Source: an uncultured Planctomycetales bacterium
Lineage (GTDB): Bacteria > 4484-113 > JAFGCY01
Length of the DNA stretch: 64,000 nucleotides
NCBI GenBank assembly: GCA_964512635.1
Contig: CAZEJB010000007.1
Location: forward strand, 27,148 to 91,147
Direction: 5' to 3'
Shown here: one piece after another, positions 1-8,607 of the stretch
Layout: the number at the start of each line of letters is the position of its first letter
Numbering within the stretch: the stretch's first letter is position 1
Made by a program: the position numbers and the translations under genes
The notes under the pieces: generated by a model
Told to the model about the DNA's origin: nothing
What the model saw: the letters and a program-made list of their open reading frames with translations, nothing else
Databases searched by the model: none

Positions 1-1461
1 GCGGAAGATGCCCGCGCCGCCCATCTCCAGCCAGCGTCCCTCCCATTTGACCAGCACGCCCACGCTGGGCTCGGTATAGGGGAAGAAGTCCGGCTTGAGC
101 ATCACATCGTCAATGCCCATGCGCTCATAGAACTTGCGCAGGGTACCCATCAGGCTGCTCAGCGAGGCGTTCTGGTCGACGATGATGCCGTCCACCTGAG
201 TAAACTCCGGCAGGTGCTTGAAGTCAACCGTCTCGCGGCGAAAGACGCGGCCGATCGAGAAGACCTTGTAGGGGTTGCTCGGCCCGCTGTCGTTCTGGCA
301 GATCTTCGCCAGGGCGTGGATGCTCGACGCGGTCATGTGTGTGCGCAGCACGACCTGACTCGCGCGCTTCTCGCTCCACTTATAGCGCCAGCCGCGGCCG
401 CCGGTGTCGCCGCCGTCCTCATGCGCGCGTTTGATGTTATCCACCAGATCGAGATTCGCTCCATCTGGCATCTGGTACGGCGCGGGCAGCGGATAGCTGG
501 CCGGGTGGCCGACATAAAATGTGTCCTGCATCTCGCGGGCGGGGTGGTCCTGGGGCTGGAACAGCGCGTCGAAGTCCCAGAAGGCCGTCTCGGCCATCGG
601 GCAGGAGGCCTCGGAAAAGCCCAGCTCCAGGAAAGCCAGGCGCACCTCTTCAATCAGCCGCACCAGCGGATGGGCTTTGCCCGGCGCGGGGGTCTCGGCG
701 GCCAGGGTGACGTCGTAGGCCCGGAACTGCACATCGCGCCATGAGCCATCAGCGAGCATCTCGGGCGTCAGCTCATTGGCCTCGCGGGCCTCGATGATCT
801 CCCCGGCGTCCCACAGCGCCCGCAGCTCAGCTCCGCGCTCCGCGCTGAGGCCGACGCTGCGACGGGTGCGCTCGGCGGCTGACAGCAGCTCCTTGCGCCC
901 CCTGGCCAGGGCGGCGATCTCGCTGTCCCGCGGCTCGCCAAAGCTCTGGCGTCCGCCGGCCTTGACCAGCTCATCCAGCGCCGTCTCCAGCGCGCTTAAC
1001 GGCGGCTCAGCGGCGGCCGCCTCGCCCAGCAGGGTCAGCGCGCCGCCTTCAAAGCTGGCCCAGCCCAGCTCAGCCAGGTTGCGGGCAAACTTGCCGGCCT
1101 GGATCCCGGCCAGTGACAGCTCCTCGTTGCTGCCAAGGTCCTTGATGCTCGCGCTGCCGCCCAGGCCGCGGATCACCCGCGCCAGCCTGCGCTCAGGCAG
1201 CTCGGCCTCCTCAGCGCCGATCAGGGTGCCCAGCTCGCCGAGCTTAAGCTCGGTAAAGCTCTCGGAGCTCAGCTCAAGCCAGCCCTGCGCCGCCAGCTCA
1301 GTCGCCGCGGCGGAGACCAGCGACTGGTCGATCCCGGCGCGTGCGGCAAGCTGCTCAAAGGTGGCGGCTGAACTGTCGGCGGCACCTGAAGCAGCGCTGT
1401 CCGAGGCCGGCTGGTCGAGCAAGGCCCGAAGCAAAGCATAGTGGTGTGGAGGAAGCTGCAT
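1..1461 (-). CDS. pheS: Phenylalanine--tRNA ligase alpha subunit, archaeal/eukaryotic type. Partial: the C-terminus lies beyond the window start.
   Basis: The minus-strand frame is open from the ATG at 1461 to position 1 and is not in the ORF track because it runs off the edge. The reverse complement of 1-120 reads ...MGIDDVMLKPDFFPYTEPSV...GVLVKWEGRWLEMGGAGIFR. FFPYTEPS is PheS motif 2, and W-LE-GG-GIFRPE matches the eukaryotic/archaeal FARSA signature WIEVGNSGVFRPE. A long N-terminal extension (MQLPPHHYALLRALL...) fits the DNA-binding-fold domains of this type. The plus-strand ORFs 214..744 and 776..1441 are antisense shadows. Confidence 0.8.
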   Translation of the reverse strand, partial: MQLPPHHYALLRALLDQPASDSAASGAADSSAATFEQLAARAGIDQSLVSAAATELAAQGWLELSSESFTELKLGELGTLIGAEEAELPERRLARVIRGLGGSASIKDLGSNEELSLAGIQAGKFARNLAELGWASFEGGALTLLGEAAAAEPPLSALETALDELVKAGGRQSFGEPRDSEIAALARGRKELLSAAERTRRSVGLSAERGAELRALWDAGEIIEAREANELTPEMLADGSWRDVQFRAYDVTLAAETPAPGKAHPLVRLIEEVRLAFLELGFSEASCPMAETAFWDFDALFQPQDHPAREMQDTFYVGHPASYPLPAPYQMPDGANLDLVDNIKRAHEDGGDTGGRGWRYKWSEKRASQVVLRTHMTASSIHALAKICQNDSGPSNPYKVFSIGRVFRRETVDFKHLPEFTQVDGIIVDQNASLSSLMGTLRKFYERMGIDDVMLKPDFFPYTEPSVGVLVKWEGRWLEMGGAGIFR

Positions 1462-1529
1462 TGGCACGGGAAGATTTTAGCTCTTGGCCCGCTGCCAACG
1501 GTGTCACCTTGATGCGAGATGGCCTCCGG

Positions 1530-2573
1530 CTATGAATCAGTACTGCTGGAATTAAGCCCCTCCCACATCGTCATCAGCTGGCGGGTCTCGGCCACGTCAT
1601 GCACGCGGTGCAGCATCACGCCCTGGTCCAGCAGGTGCCAGGTCGCACCCAGGCTGGCCGGCAGGCGCTGCTCCGGCTGCGCTGCCGCCTCAGGCCGGCC
1701 GGACTGGCTCATCAGGGTCTTGATAAAGCTCTTGCGCGAGAGGCCGTAGAGCAGCGGCGGTGCGCAGACATGGGGGACCGAATTTTCTTGTAGGGCCGTG
1801 GGCTTGTCCCCGGCCGTGTCTTCGGTAGGGCCGCAAGGATGTGCGGCCGTCCCAGCTTTGCCTGGGTCCAATAGGGCCGCACATCCGTGCGGCGCTACAA
1901 GATACCTGAGCCGCTCCGCTCCCTTGATCAACGCCAGGTTGTCCTCCAGGCGCTTGCCAAAGCCGATCCCCGGGTCGAGCACGACGCGTGCGGGGTCGAC
2001 GCCAAGGGCGATCAGCGCGTCGAGCTTTTCGCGCAGGAACGCTCCCACCTCGGCCACGCAGTCGTTGTACTGCGGCGACTGCTGCATATCCGCCGGCGTG
2101 CCGAGCATGTGCATCAGCACATAGCCGCAGTTGCCGCCGGCAATCACATCCCACAGGCCGGAGTCCATCCGCCCGGAGGAGATATCGTTGACGCAGTCCA
2201 CGCCAATGGCCAGGGCCTCGCGGGCCACCTGCGCATGGAAGGTGTCCACGCTGACGGCCAGACTTGTCCCGCCATCGCGCTCACGGATAAGGCTCAGCTC
2301 CACCGCCGCCTCAAGCACCGGCAGCACCCGCTGCAGCTCTTCCTCCGCGCCAACCGCCACGCTGCCCGGGCGCGTGCTCTGGCCGCCGATGTCGAGGATG
2401 TCCGCCCCCTGCTCAGCCAGCAGCGCCAAGCGCTCACGGATCAGCGCCGGCTCAGCGCCAATGCGGCTGCCGGGGTAGAAGCTCTCCGGGTCCGCGTTGA
2501 CGATCGCCATGATCCGCGGCCTGTCGAGAACGAGTACCTTTTCGCCCAGTTGCCAAATCGGGGCCGAGCTCAT
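1530..2573 (-). CDS. folP: Dihydropteroate synthase with an in-frame insertion of about 47 aa
   Basis: The 347-aa ORF reads ...RIMAIVNADPESF...DILDIGGQSTRPG...VDTFHAQVAREAL...GLSRKSF...LHRVHDV, which are typical FolP motifs. An extra segment sits between RYLV and GLSRKSF and is encoded by a palindromic REP-like stretch. Confidence 0.85.
   Translation of the reverse strand: MSSAPIWQLGEKVLVLDRPRIMAIVNADPESFYPGSRIGAEPALIRERLALLAEQGADILDIGGQSTRPGSVAVGAEEELQRVLPVLEAAVELSLIRERDGGTSLAVSVDTFHAQVAREALAIGVDCVNDISSGRMDSGLWDVIAGGNCGYVLMHMLGTPADMQQSPQYNDCVAEVGAFLREKLDALIALGVDPARVVLDPGIGFGKRLEDNLALIKGAERLRYLVAPHGCAALLDPGKAGTAAHPCGPTEDTAGDKPTALQENSVPHVCAPPLLYGLSRKSFIKTLMSQSGRPEAAAQPEQRLPASLGATWHLLDQGVMLHRVHDVAETRQLMTMWEGLNSSSTDS
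1750..1895. repeat. REP-like palindromic element embedded in-frame in folP
   Basis: Three TAGGGCCG-headed units are present, two forming a perfect inverted pair (ggccgcacatcc / ggatgtgcggcc). This is the same style as the intergenic REPs at 14045-14270 and 19198-19267. Confidence 0.5.
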
Positions 2574-2587
2574 TTGTTACCTCTTGT

Positions 2588-2745
2588 CGATGCGTCGATA
2601 AGTCGATGTGTCGATCTTGACATGTTCCTGGTCTGAGGCAAGCGTCCGTCTATATCCACTCCTTCAAAACAGAAGTGCAACAGATCAATTCAGTCTTGGA
2701 CCTTGCCGGCATCGACTCATCGACTTATCGACTCATCGACACCTG
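2588..2745. repeat. Inverted repeats of about 30 bp built from ATCGAC hexamers, in the folE-folP intergenic region
   Basis: 2588-2617 reads gtcgatgcgtcgataagtcgatgtgtcgat. Its near-perfect reverse complement, atcgactcatcgacttatcgactcatcgac, lies at 2709-2742. The two copies flank a spacer of about 90 bp. Confidence 0.5.
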
Positions 2746-2791
2746 GGGGGGCGAAGGCTAAGTGCCGGACTCCATCGGGCTCGCTAAGGGT

Positions 2792-3394
2792 CTACAATGC
2801 CGGCCGCTCACCCTTGATCAGCGTGAAGAACTCCATCCGGGTATTCTCCCGCGTCTCGAAGGCGCCGCGCAGCGCGCTGGTGCTGATCAGGCTGCCGGGG
2901 GCGCGCACGCCGCGCATCTCCATGCACATGTGCCGCGCCTCGACCACCACCGCCACGCCCAGGGGCTTGAGCTTCTCCATCATCAGGTCGGCCATCCGCT
3001 TGGTCAAGCGCTCCTGCACCTGCGGCTGCGCCGACAGGGCCTTAAAGGCCCGCACCACCTTGCTCAGGCCGGTGATATGCCCGTCGGGGATGTAAGCGAT
3101 ATGCGCCACGCCGAAGAAGGGCAACAGATGGTGCTCGCAGAGGCTGTAAAAGCGCACGTCGCGGAACAGCACCATCTCGCGGTGCTGCTCATCGAACTGC
3201 ACCTCCAGGTGCGCCCCGGCGTCCTCATGCATCCCGCCGAAGAGCTCGCCGTACATCCGCGCCACGCGTTGCGGCGTCTCGCGCAGCCCCTCGCTGCCTG
3301 TATCCGCGCCCACCGCGGAGAGAATCTCGCTCACCGCGCCCTCGACACGCTTCAGGTCTACCCAGCCATTGCCTTGCTCACTCATGCGGCGCAA
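2792..3394 (-). CDS. folE: GTP cyclohydrolase I
   Basis: 200 aa with ...ETPQRVARMYGELFGG...HREMVLFRDVRFYSLCEHHLLPFFGVAHIAYIP... Canonical FolE motifs, including the CEHH and HH zinc-ligand regions. Confidence 0.9.
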   Translation of the reverse strand: MRRMSEQGNGWVDLKRVEGAVSEILSAVGADTGSEGLRETPQRVARMYGELFGGMHEDAGAHLEVQFDEQHREMVLFRDVRFYSLCEHHLLPFFGVAHIAYIPDGHITGLSKVVRAFKALSAQPQVQERLTKRMADLMMEKLKPLGVAVVVEARHMCMEMRGVRAPGSLISTSALRGAFETRENTRMEFFTLIKGERPAL

Positions 3395-3497
3395 ATTATA
3401 TGCGTGTCCGCGCTGTCGCCAGCTAAGGGCAAAGCAAAGGCCCCGGTTTCCCGGGGCCTCTGGTCAATCACTTCCAATGGCGGGCAGAGCCCGCGGA

Positions 3498-5912
3498 TTA
3501 GTCGACGTTGATCGTCACCGTGAAGGTCTGGTCGGGGCGCACCGCCTCGCTGACCGTCAGGGTGCAGGTGATCGTGTTGGTACCCGGCGTCGCGGTGGCG
3601 AAGTTGGTCGCCGGGCTCGGGCCCGTCGCGTCCTCATTCCCGTCGCCGTCGAAGTCCCAGCTGAAAGTCGTGGTGTTCGGGGTTCCGCCCACGTCGCCGG
3701 TGTAAACATTCGCCGCGTTGGCGCGGAAGCGATAGTTCGCCGTCGCGCTCGTCACGAGGTTGTACACACCTGCGGTCGGGTTGATCGCGCTGCCGCTGAC
3801 ATCCTCGATCGTGATGCTGGCGCTCAGCGGGTTGATCACGTGGATCTGGAAGCTGGCGTTCGCGATGCGGCCGTCGGCATCCGTCACTTCAACATTGACG
3901 ATCTTAAAGCCCAGGGTGTCAAAGCCGCCGGCCAGGCTGATCGGATCGCCGTTGTTCCAGGGGTCAACCGTGGTGATGTTCGGCGGGTCGCCGCCGTTAT
4001 CCCAGTCCACCACCGCCGTGAAGGGCGCCGTGCCGTTGCTGACGTTGACGGTCACATCAAAGTCAGTGCCGCGGGTTACCGCCGCGAAGGGCTGGCTGAC
4101 CTGCAGGCTGGTGATCGCCATCGCCGGCAGGATCGTGTTCAGGTTACCGCCGTTGATCGCGCTGGTGGCCGCGGCGCCGGCATTCAGCAGACCGCCGGTA
4201 CCGGGGCCGGATCCGGCAACGCCGACCATGCCCGCGAACTGCACGGTGTTGAGCAGCTCGGCCAGCACCTCATCATCAGTCGGAGGCGTGCCATTGACGT
4301 TGGACAGGATCTGGAATACCTGGCTGGCCGCGCCGGCCACATAAGCGGCAGCGGCGGTGGTGCCGAAGTTGCCGATGATTGTGCGGTATTCCTCAGCGGG
4401 AATGCCGACGACCGGATCGCCGACCGTGCCCGCGCCGGAGACCAGGAAGGGCGAGAAGCCAAAGCCGATGCCATAGCCCACGCCGGCAATCGTCGCGCCG
4501 GTGTTGTTATAGCCCGCAATTTCACGGATACCCTCGGCCACCGGGGCGCCGAAGAGCGGCAGATAACCGGTGCCAATGTTGGGCAGATCCTCGGGACCCG
4601 GGCCCGCAGGATCGATATCAACAGTGCCCAGCTCGTCGGTGGTAACGCGGTTAACGCCGGTGGCGGTCACCGAAACCACGTTGGGGTCGGAGGCCGGGCT
4701 GACATCGGTCACAGTAATGTCCACCGGAGTTCCGGTGAAGGTCGTGCCGTCAAATGTGTCGGTAACGTCGCCCGCCGGAGCGATCACCAGCACGTTGTTG
4801 TCACGTGCATTCTGGATCGCGGTGGACAGGTTGGCCGAGACTGTACCGTTGCCGAACATACCAAAGAGCACGATGTCGGCGCCGTTGGCCACCGCATAGT
4901 CCAGGCTCTCGGTCAACTCGTTGTCGCTGAATGACCAGTTCTGGCCGACCAGCGTGCCGGTCTTGATCAGCAGGAAGTTGGCGTTCGGGTTCACACCGGC
5001 CATGCCCTCATTCCATATCTCGTCTTCAGTCAGCGCGCTTGACTGGTCAAAGTCAAAGGCGTTGAGCGCGAAGTCGTTAAGGGTGGCGCCGAGCATACCA
5101 AGCAGGTATTCGCCCGTGCCGCGGAAGGGGAAGTCGCGGGTCGCCGGATCGCCATCGTCGTCCAGCTCCCACTCAAGCGCCGGGAGGCCGGTCGTGGCGT
5201 TGCCACTTCCATCCACGGCAGCCGACAGGGGGTCAATACTGGTCTCGTCAAAACCGCTGCGGTCCACGGTGCTGTAGTCCAGCCAGCCGGCGTCGATGAT
5301 CGCGATGGTGACGGGCTCGGCACTGACCGCGCCATTGACATGCGCGATATCCCAGGCGCCGTTGAAGCCCTGGACGGTCATTGGCAGTCCCTGGCCGAAG
5401 AACGCGTCAAAGCTGACGTTGGTCCCGTCGAAGTTGAATTCGACGAACTGCTCGGAGTAGTACGGATCGCCCGGCACAAAGCTCGCGCCGCGGACATCCG
5501 TCCCGCCGTACTTCACCGATGGAGTCACGATGCGGCGCACCGGCTCCACACTGGTGACGTTGTATTCCTTCTCCAGCACTGCCGCAGCCTGGGCCACGCT
5601 CACGCCGCTGGGAAGCTGCATAGTCGCAAAGCCGCCGCGGGAGCCAACCACAGTGTAGCCGTGGCGCCCGGCCAGCGCCTGGAGCGACTTGCCTTCAGCC
5701 GAGGTGCGGACGTTGATCAGGCCCGGCACTTCGCTTACTTCGTGCTGGCCCCGCACGGAACTCGGGCCAACCAGCGAGTAAACGCTGTCCTTATCGCCGC
5801 CATTGTTGCCCCCATTGTTGCCGTCGGGGAGCGTGCTTGAAGCCCCGCCGCCGCAGCTGGCGCACAGAAGTGCCAGCAGGGCAAGCAGGACCCATGTCAT
5901 GCTGCGCTTCAT
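3498..5912 (-). CDS. Subtilisin-like S8 serine peptidase, a lipoprotein with a C-terminal PKD-like domain
   Basis: Signal peptide plus lipobox (MKRSMTWVLLALLALLCASCGG). It carries the D/H/S subtilase motifs (AIIDAG..., ...GTSMAGP-like GTTAAAAYVAGAAS) and a C-terminal PKD-like beta-sandwich. The plus-strand ORF 3369..4934 is a shadow. Confidence 0.8.
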   Translation of the reverse strand: MKRSMTWVLLALLALLCASCGGGASSTLPDGNNGGNNGGDKDSVYSLVGPSSVRGQHEVSEVPGLINVRTSAEGKSLQALAGRHGYTVVGSRGGFATMQLPSGVSVAQAAAVLEKEYNVTSVEPVRRIVTPSVKYGGTDVRGASFVPGDPYYSEQFVEFNFDGTNVSFDAFFGQGLPMTVQGFNGAWDIAHVNGAVSAEPVTIAIIDAGWLDYSTVDRSGFDETSIDPLSAAVDGSGNATTGLPALEWELDDDGDPATRDFPFRGTGEYLLGMLGATLNDFALNAFDFDQSSALTEDEIWNEGMAGVNPNANFLLIKTGTLVGQNWSFSDNELTESLDYAVANGADIVLFGMFGNGTVSANLSTAIQNARDNNVLVIAPAGDVTDTFDGTTFTGTPVDITVTDVSPASDPNVVSVTATGVNRVTTDELGTVDIDPAGPGPEDLPNIGTGYLPLFGAPVAEGIREIAGYNNTGATIAGVGYGIGFGFSPFLVSGAGTVGDPVVGIPAEEYRTIIGNFGTTAAAAYVAGAASQVFQILSNVNGTPPTDDEVLAELLNTVQFAGMVGVAGSGPGTGGLLNAGAAATSAINGGNLNTILPAMAITSLQVSQPFAAVTRGTDFDVTVNVSNGTAPFTAVVDWDNGGDPPNITTVDPWNNGDPISLAGGFDTLGFKIVNVEVTDADGRIANASFQIHVINPLSASITIEDVSGSAINPTAGVYNLVTSATANYRFRANAANVYTGDVGGTPNTTTFSWDFDGDGNEDATGPSPATNFATATPGTNTITCTLTVSEAVRPDQTFTVTINVD

Positions 5913-6020
5913 GGGTCTCTCCGGTAGGTTGGTCTACTGCTGAAATTATAGTACCCGCGATGCGCCGGACGCGCATCAAAGTGCCTCCGGGAGGCTTATC
6001 ACGCGCTTTAGCCCGGGATA

Positions 6021-7001
6021 TTGAGACAAAGGGCCTCCAGCATCTATCATTCCGCGTCCATGACCGATAGCAGCAAGGCGGGTGGCAAACGCAGGCGGGG
6101 CACAATCTGGCTCTGGCTTGGCGCGTCGCTGCTGGTTCACGTGCTCTTCCTGCTTATGCTGCCCTCGCCTTCCCGGGATAAGTTGCAGTGCCCCATTATG
6201 CTGCTGATCCGCGGACCCAGGACCGCTACCGGCCTGCCAGAACCGCCGGCCGCCGCACCGCCGCCGGCGGGCACGCCCTCCGCAGAACCGGAAAAGCCGG
6301 CGATCCCGCTGCAGCAGGTTAAACCGCAGGAGCCGGCGACAACCAGCAAACCCGTCGACAGTGCCAAAACGGCCAGCCCCTCCGCTGGCAAAGACCCTAA
6401 ATCCGCGCCGGCGCATGACGCCTCAACCTCGGGCGGAAAGGCAGACGATTCAGGCGGAACCGACTCCGGCACCGGCAAGGGCGAAGCTGGCGGGGTTCCG
6501 GGTGGCGTCCCGGGTGGAGTACCAGGGGGAGTGCCCGGGGGCGTCCCGGGCGGCGACCCCAATGGAAAGGTTGGTGGCGACGGAGATGGCAAGCCCCCCG
6601 CTAAGCCGGAGCCGGAAAAGCCGAAGCTGCCCGAGAAGCCCGAGCCTGAAAAACCCAAGGTGCCGGAAAAACCGGCAACGCCACCTGCCACTCCGACGGT
6701 TGACGTCAAGGCGCTGATGAAGAAGTACGGAGCTGCCGTCAAGCGCGAGATTCTTGGCAACAAGCACTATCCGGCCGCTGCCGAGCGCCTGGGTCACAGC
6801 GGATCGGTTAAGGTGCGGCTTAGCGTGGGCAGCGGTGGAAGCCTGGACAGCGTTGAAGTGGTCAGCTCATCCGGCTTTGATGAACTGGACAGCGCGGCCG
6901 TGGAAGCCGTGCGTAATGCCGCTCCCTTTGGCGCTTTCCCGGAAGGTGTGGATAAGCCCAGCGCGACCTTCACAGTGACACTGAACTTCGGTCTGAAGTA
7001 G
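6021..7001 (+). CDS. TonB-family energy transducer
   Basis: N-terminal TM anchor (IWLWLGASLLVHVLFLLML), a proline-rich spacer with GGVPGGVP and KPEPEKPK repeats, and a C-terminal TonB domain (HYPAAAERLGHSGSVKVRLSVGSGGSL...). The start may be the later Met near 6060. Confidence 0.75.
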   Translation: MRQRASSIYHSASMTDSSKAGGKRRRGTIWLWLGASLLVHVLFLLMLPSPSRDKLQCPIMLLIRGPRTATGLPEPPAAAPPPAGTPSAEPEKPAIPLQQVKPQEPATTSKPVDSAKTASPSAGKDPKSAPAHDASTSGGKADDSGGTDSGTGKGEAGGVPGGVPGGVPGGVPGGVPGGDPNGKVGGDGDGKPPAKPEPEKPKLPEKPEPEKPKVPEKPATPPATPTVDVKALMKKYGAAVKREILGNKHYPAAAERLGHSGSVKVRLSVGSGGSLDSVEVVSSSGFDELDSAAVEAVRNAAPFGAFPEGVDKPSATFTVTLNFGLK

Positions 7002-7051
7002 CTGCAACCTCAGGCAGGCTGTACAGGTCGACAGGATACGAGGCCGTCGAT

Positions 7052-8002
7052 CTAGTTGCTCTCGTCAGCGGCCGCGGCGGCTTCGGTGTTGTCGTCCTCG
7101 CTGCCCGGCTCGGCGGCCATCGCGCTGCCAGCGGGGATCACCTTGTCCTGGGCCAGCAGCTCATTTTGGATCAGCTTGGCACGGGTGAAGGGGAAGAAGA
7201 CGAAGAGCGCGCGGCCCTCAAAGAGCTGCTGATCCACAAAGCCCCAGACGCGGCTGTCCGAGCTGTGGTTGCGGTTGTCGCCCATCATGAAATAGCGGCC
7301 TTCCGGCACAGTGACCGGGCCGAAGTCCTGGATCGGCTGCTCTTTGATGTACGGTTCGGTCAGCGCTACGTCGTTGACGTAGACAATGCCCTCGCGAACC
7401 TCAACAGTGTCGCCAGGCAGACCGATGGTGCGCTTGATGTAGTCCTGTTTGTGGTTCTGCGGATACTGGAAGATCATCACATCGCCGCGGCGCGGCCCCT
7501 GATGCAGCAACTTGTAAGTCAGCTTGTCGGCAATCAGCAGGTCGTGCTTCAGCAGCGTGCCTTCCATGCTGCCGCTCGGGATGTAGTAGCTGGCCACCAC
7601 AAAGCTGCGCAGGAAGATGGCAATAATCAGTGATATGGCCAGGGTCGGCACCCACTCATAGATCAAGCTCTGGGCAAAGCTGACCGGAGTGAACTCAAAG
7701 CGCTGGCGGAAGCCGTCGCTGCTGAGAATTCCGGCACCCGGACGGCGCGGCGCATGGATCTGCACCTCAGCCATCTGGTTGACGATCGGAACACTCACCG
7801 TGCGGACGGTGCTGTCGGCGCTGAATGAGCCATGCTTGCTGAGTTTCAGATCAAGCCTGGCGCCCTCGGGCTGGACGTCAACAAAGTTGAAGGTGACAGT
7901 CGCAAAGGACTGTCCGTCCGCCCTGAGCCGCGTGGTATCCACGCTGGCTTCAAATTGTCCCTGCCGCCCACGGCCGATAGCTTTCATCCCAAAACGCTCC
8001 AT
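7052..8002 (-). CDS. lepB: Signal peptidase I
   Basis: Carries SGSMEGTL (catalytic Ser box), ...RTIGLPGDTV..., ...YFMMGDNRNHSSDSRVWGFV.... There is an unusual N-terminal extension of about 75 aa. An alternative start is the ATG at 7774, giving 241 aa. Confidence 0.8.
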   Translation of the reverse strand: MERFGMKAIGRGRQGQFEASVDTTRLRADGQSFATVTFNFVDVQPEGARLDLKLSKHGSFSADSTVRTVSVPIVNQMAEVQIHAPRRPGAGILSSDGFRQRFEFTPVSFAQSLIYEWVPTLAISLIIAIFLRSFVVASYYIPSGSMEGTLLKHDLLIADKLTYKLLHQGPRRGDVMIFQYPQNHKQDYIKRTIGLPGDTVEVREGIVYVNDVALTEPYIKEQPIQDFGPVTVPEGRYFMMGDNRNHSSDSRVWGFVDQQLFEGRALFVFFPFTRAKLIQNELLAQDKVIPAGSAMAAEPGSEDDNTEAAAAADESN

Positions 8003-8069
8003 TCACAGTCTGAACCAGACCGGCACGTCAACTATACCCGTGGACTGCGGCGTTTGCAGTTAAAACGGG

Positions 8070-8525
8070 CTAGCCGGCTGCTTCAGTGGTCTTGACCACG
8101 TTCTCACGCTTCTCGCGCAGGCGGGTCGCCTTGCCCACGCGGTCACGCAGGTAATACAGCTTCGCGCGGCGCACGTGGCTGCGGCGCACCACTTCTATCG
8201 CGGCGATGCGGGTGGTGTGGACGAAGAAAGTCTTCTCCACGCCGACGCCACTGGCCAGCTTGCGCACGGTGAACTTCTGGCGCAGGCCGGTGCCCTGGAC
8301 ACTGATCACAGTGCCCTCAAAGGTCTGCTGGCGCTCGGCCTTCTCGGCGCGTCCGCTCTTACCCTTGGCTGCGATACGCTGGATCTTCTTCATTGCGATG
8401 ACCGGCAGGATGCGGCCTTCATAGAGGCTGATCTTGACGCGCACGGTGTCCCCCGGCTTGATCACGGGCACATCGGCCGCAGCCTTAAGCTGCGCGGACT
8501 CAAATTCACGAATAAGCTGCTGCAT
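8070..8525 (-). CDS. rplS: 50S ribosomal protein L19, with an internal insertion of about 25 aa
   Basis: ...PGDTVRVKI...FEGTVISVQG...FTVRKLASGVGVEKTF...RRAKLYYLR.... L19 signature. It is the last gene of the rpsP-rimM-trmD-rplS operon. Confidence 0.9.
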   Translation of the reverse strand: MQQLIREFESAQLKAAADVPVIKPGDTVRVKISLYEGRILPVIAMKKIQRIAAKGKSGRAEKAERQQTFEGTVISVQGTGLRQKFTVRKLASGVGVEKTFFVHTTRIAAIEVVRRSHVRRAKLYYLRDRVGKATRLREKRENVVKTTEAAG

Positions 8526-8607
8526 TACGCTGCCACCTTCAATGACGAAGACTCGCCGTCCTCTGTTCTGATCCAGTCTGTTAAGCGGCGCCCCGGCAGT
8601 TCAGGCC

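Noticed and set aside
214-1441. Plus-strand ORFs 214..744 and 776..1441 (176 and 221 aa)
   Set aside because: They are antisense to the open pheS frame. Their low-complexity Ala/Ser/Arg/Pro-rich translations are typical shadow ORFs in high-GC DNA.
3369-4934. 521-aa plus-strand ORF
   Set aside because: Entirely antisense to the S8 protease gene. The translation is Arg/Gly/Ala-rich and lacks any motifs.
6470-6700. Tandem nucleotide repeats (GGVPGGVP and KPEPEKPK units)
   Set aside because: They are the coding proline-rich spacer of TonB, not a CRISPR or a noncoding satellite. No CRISPR-like repeat-spacer arrays exist in the window.
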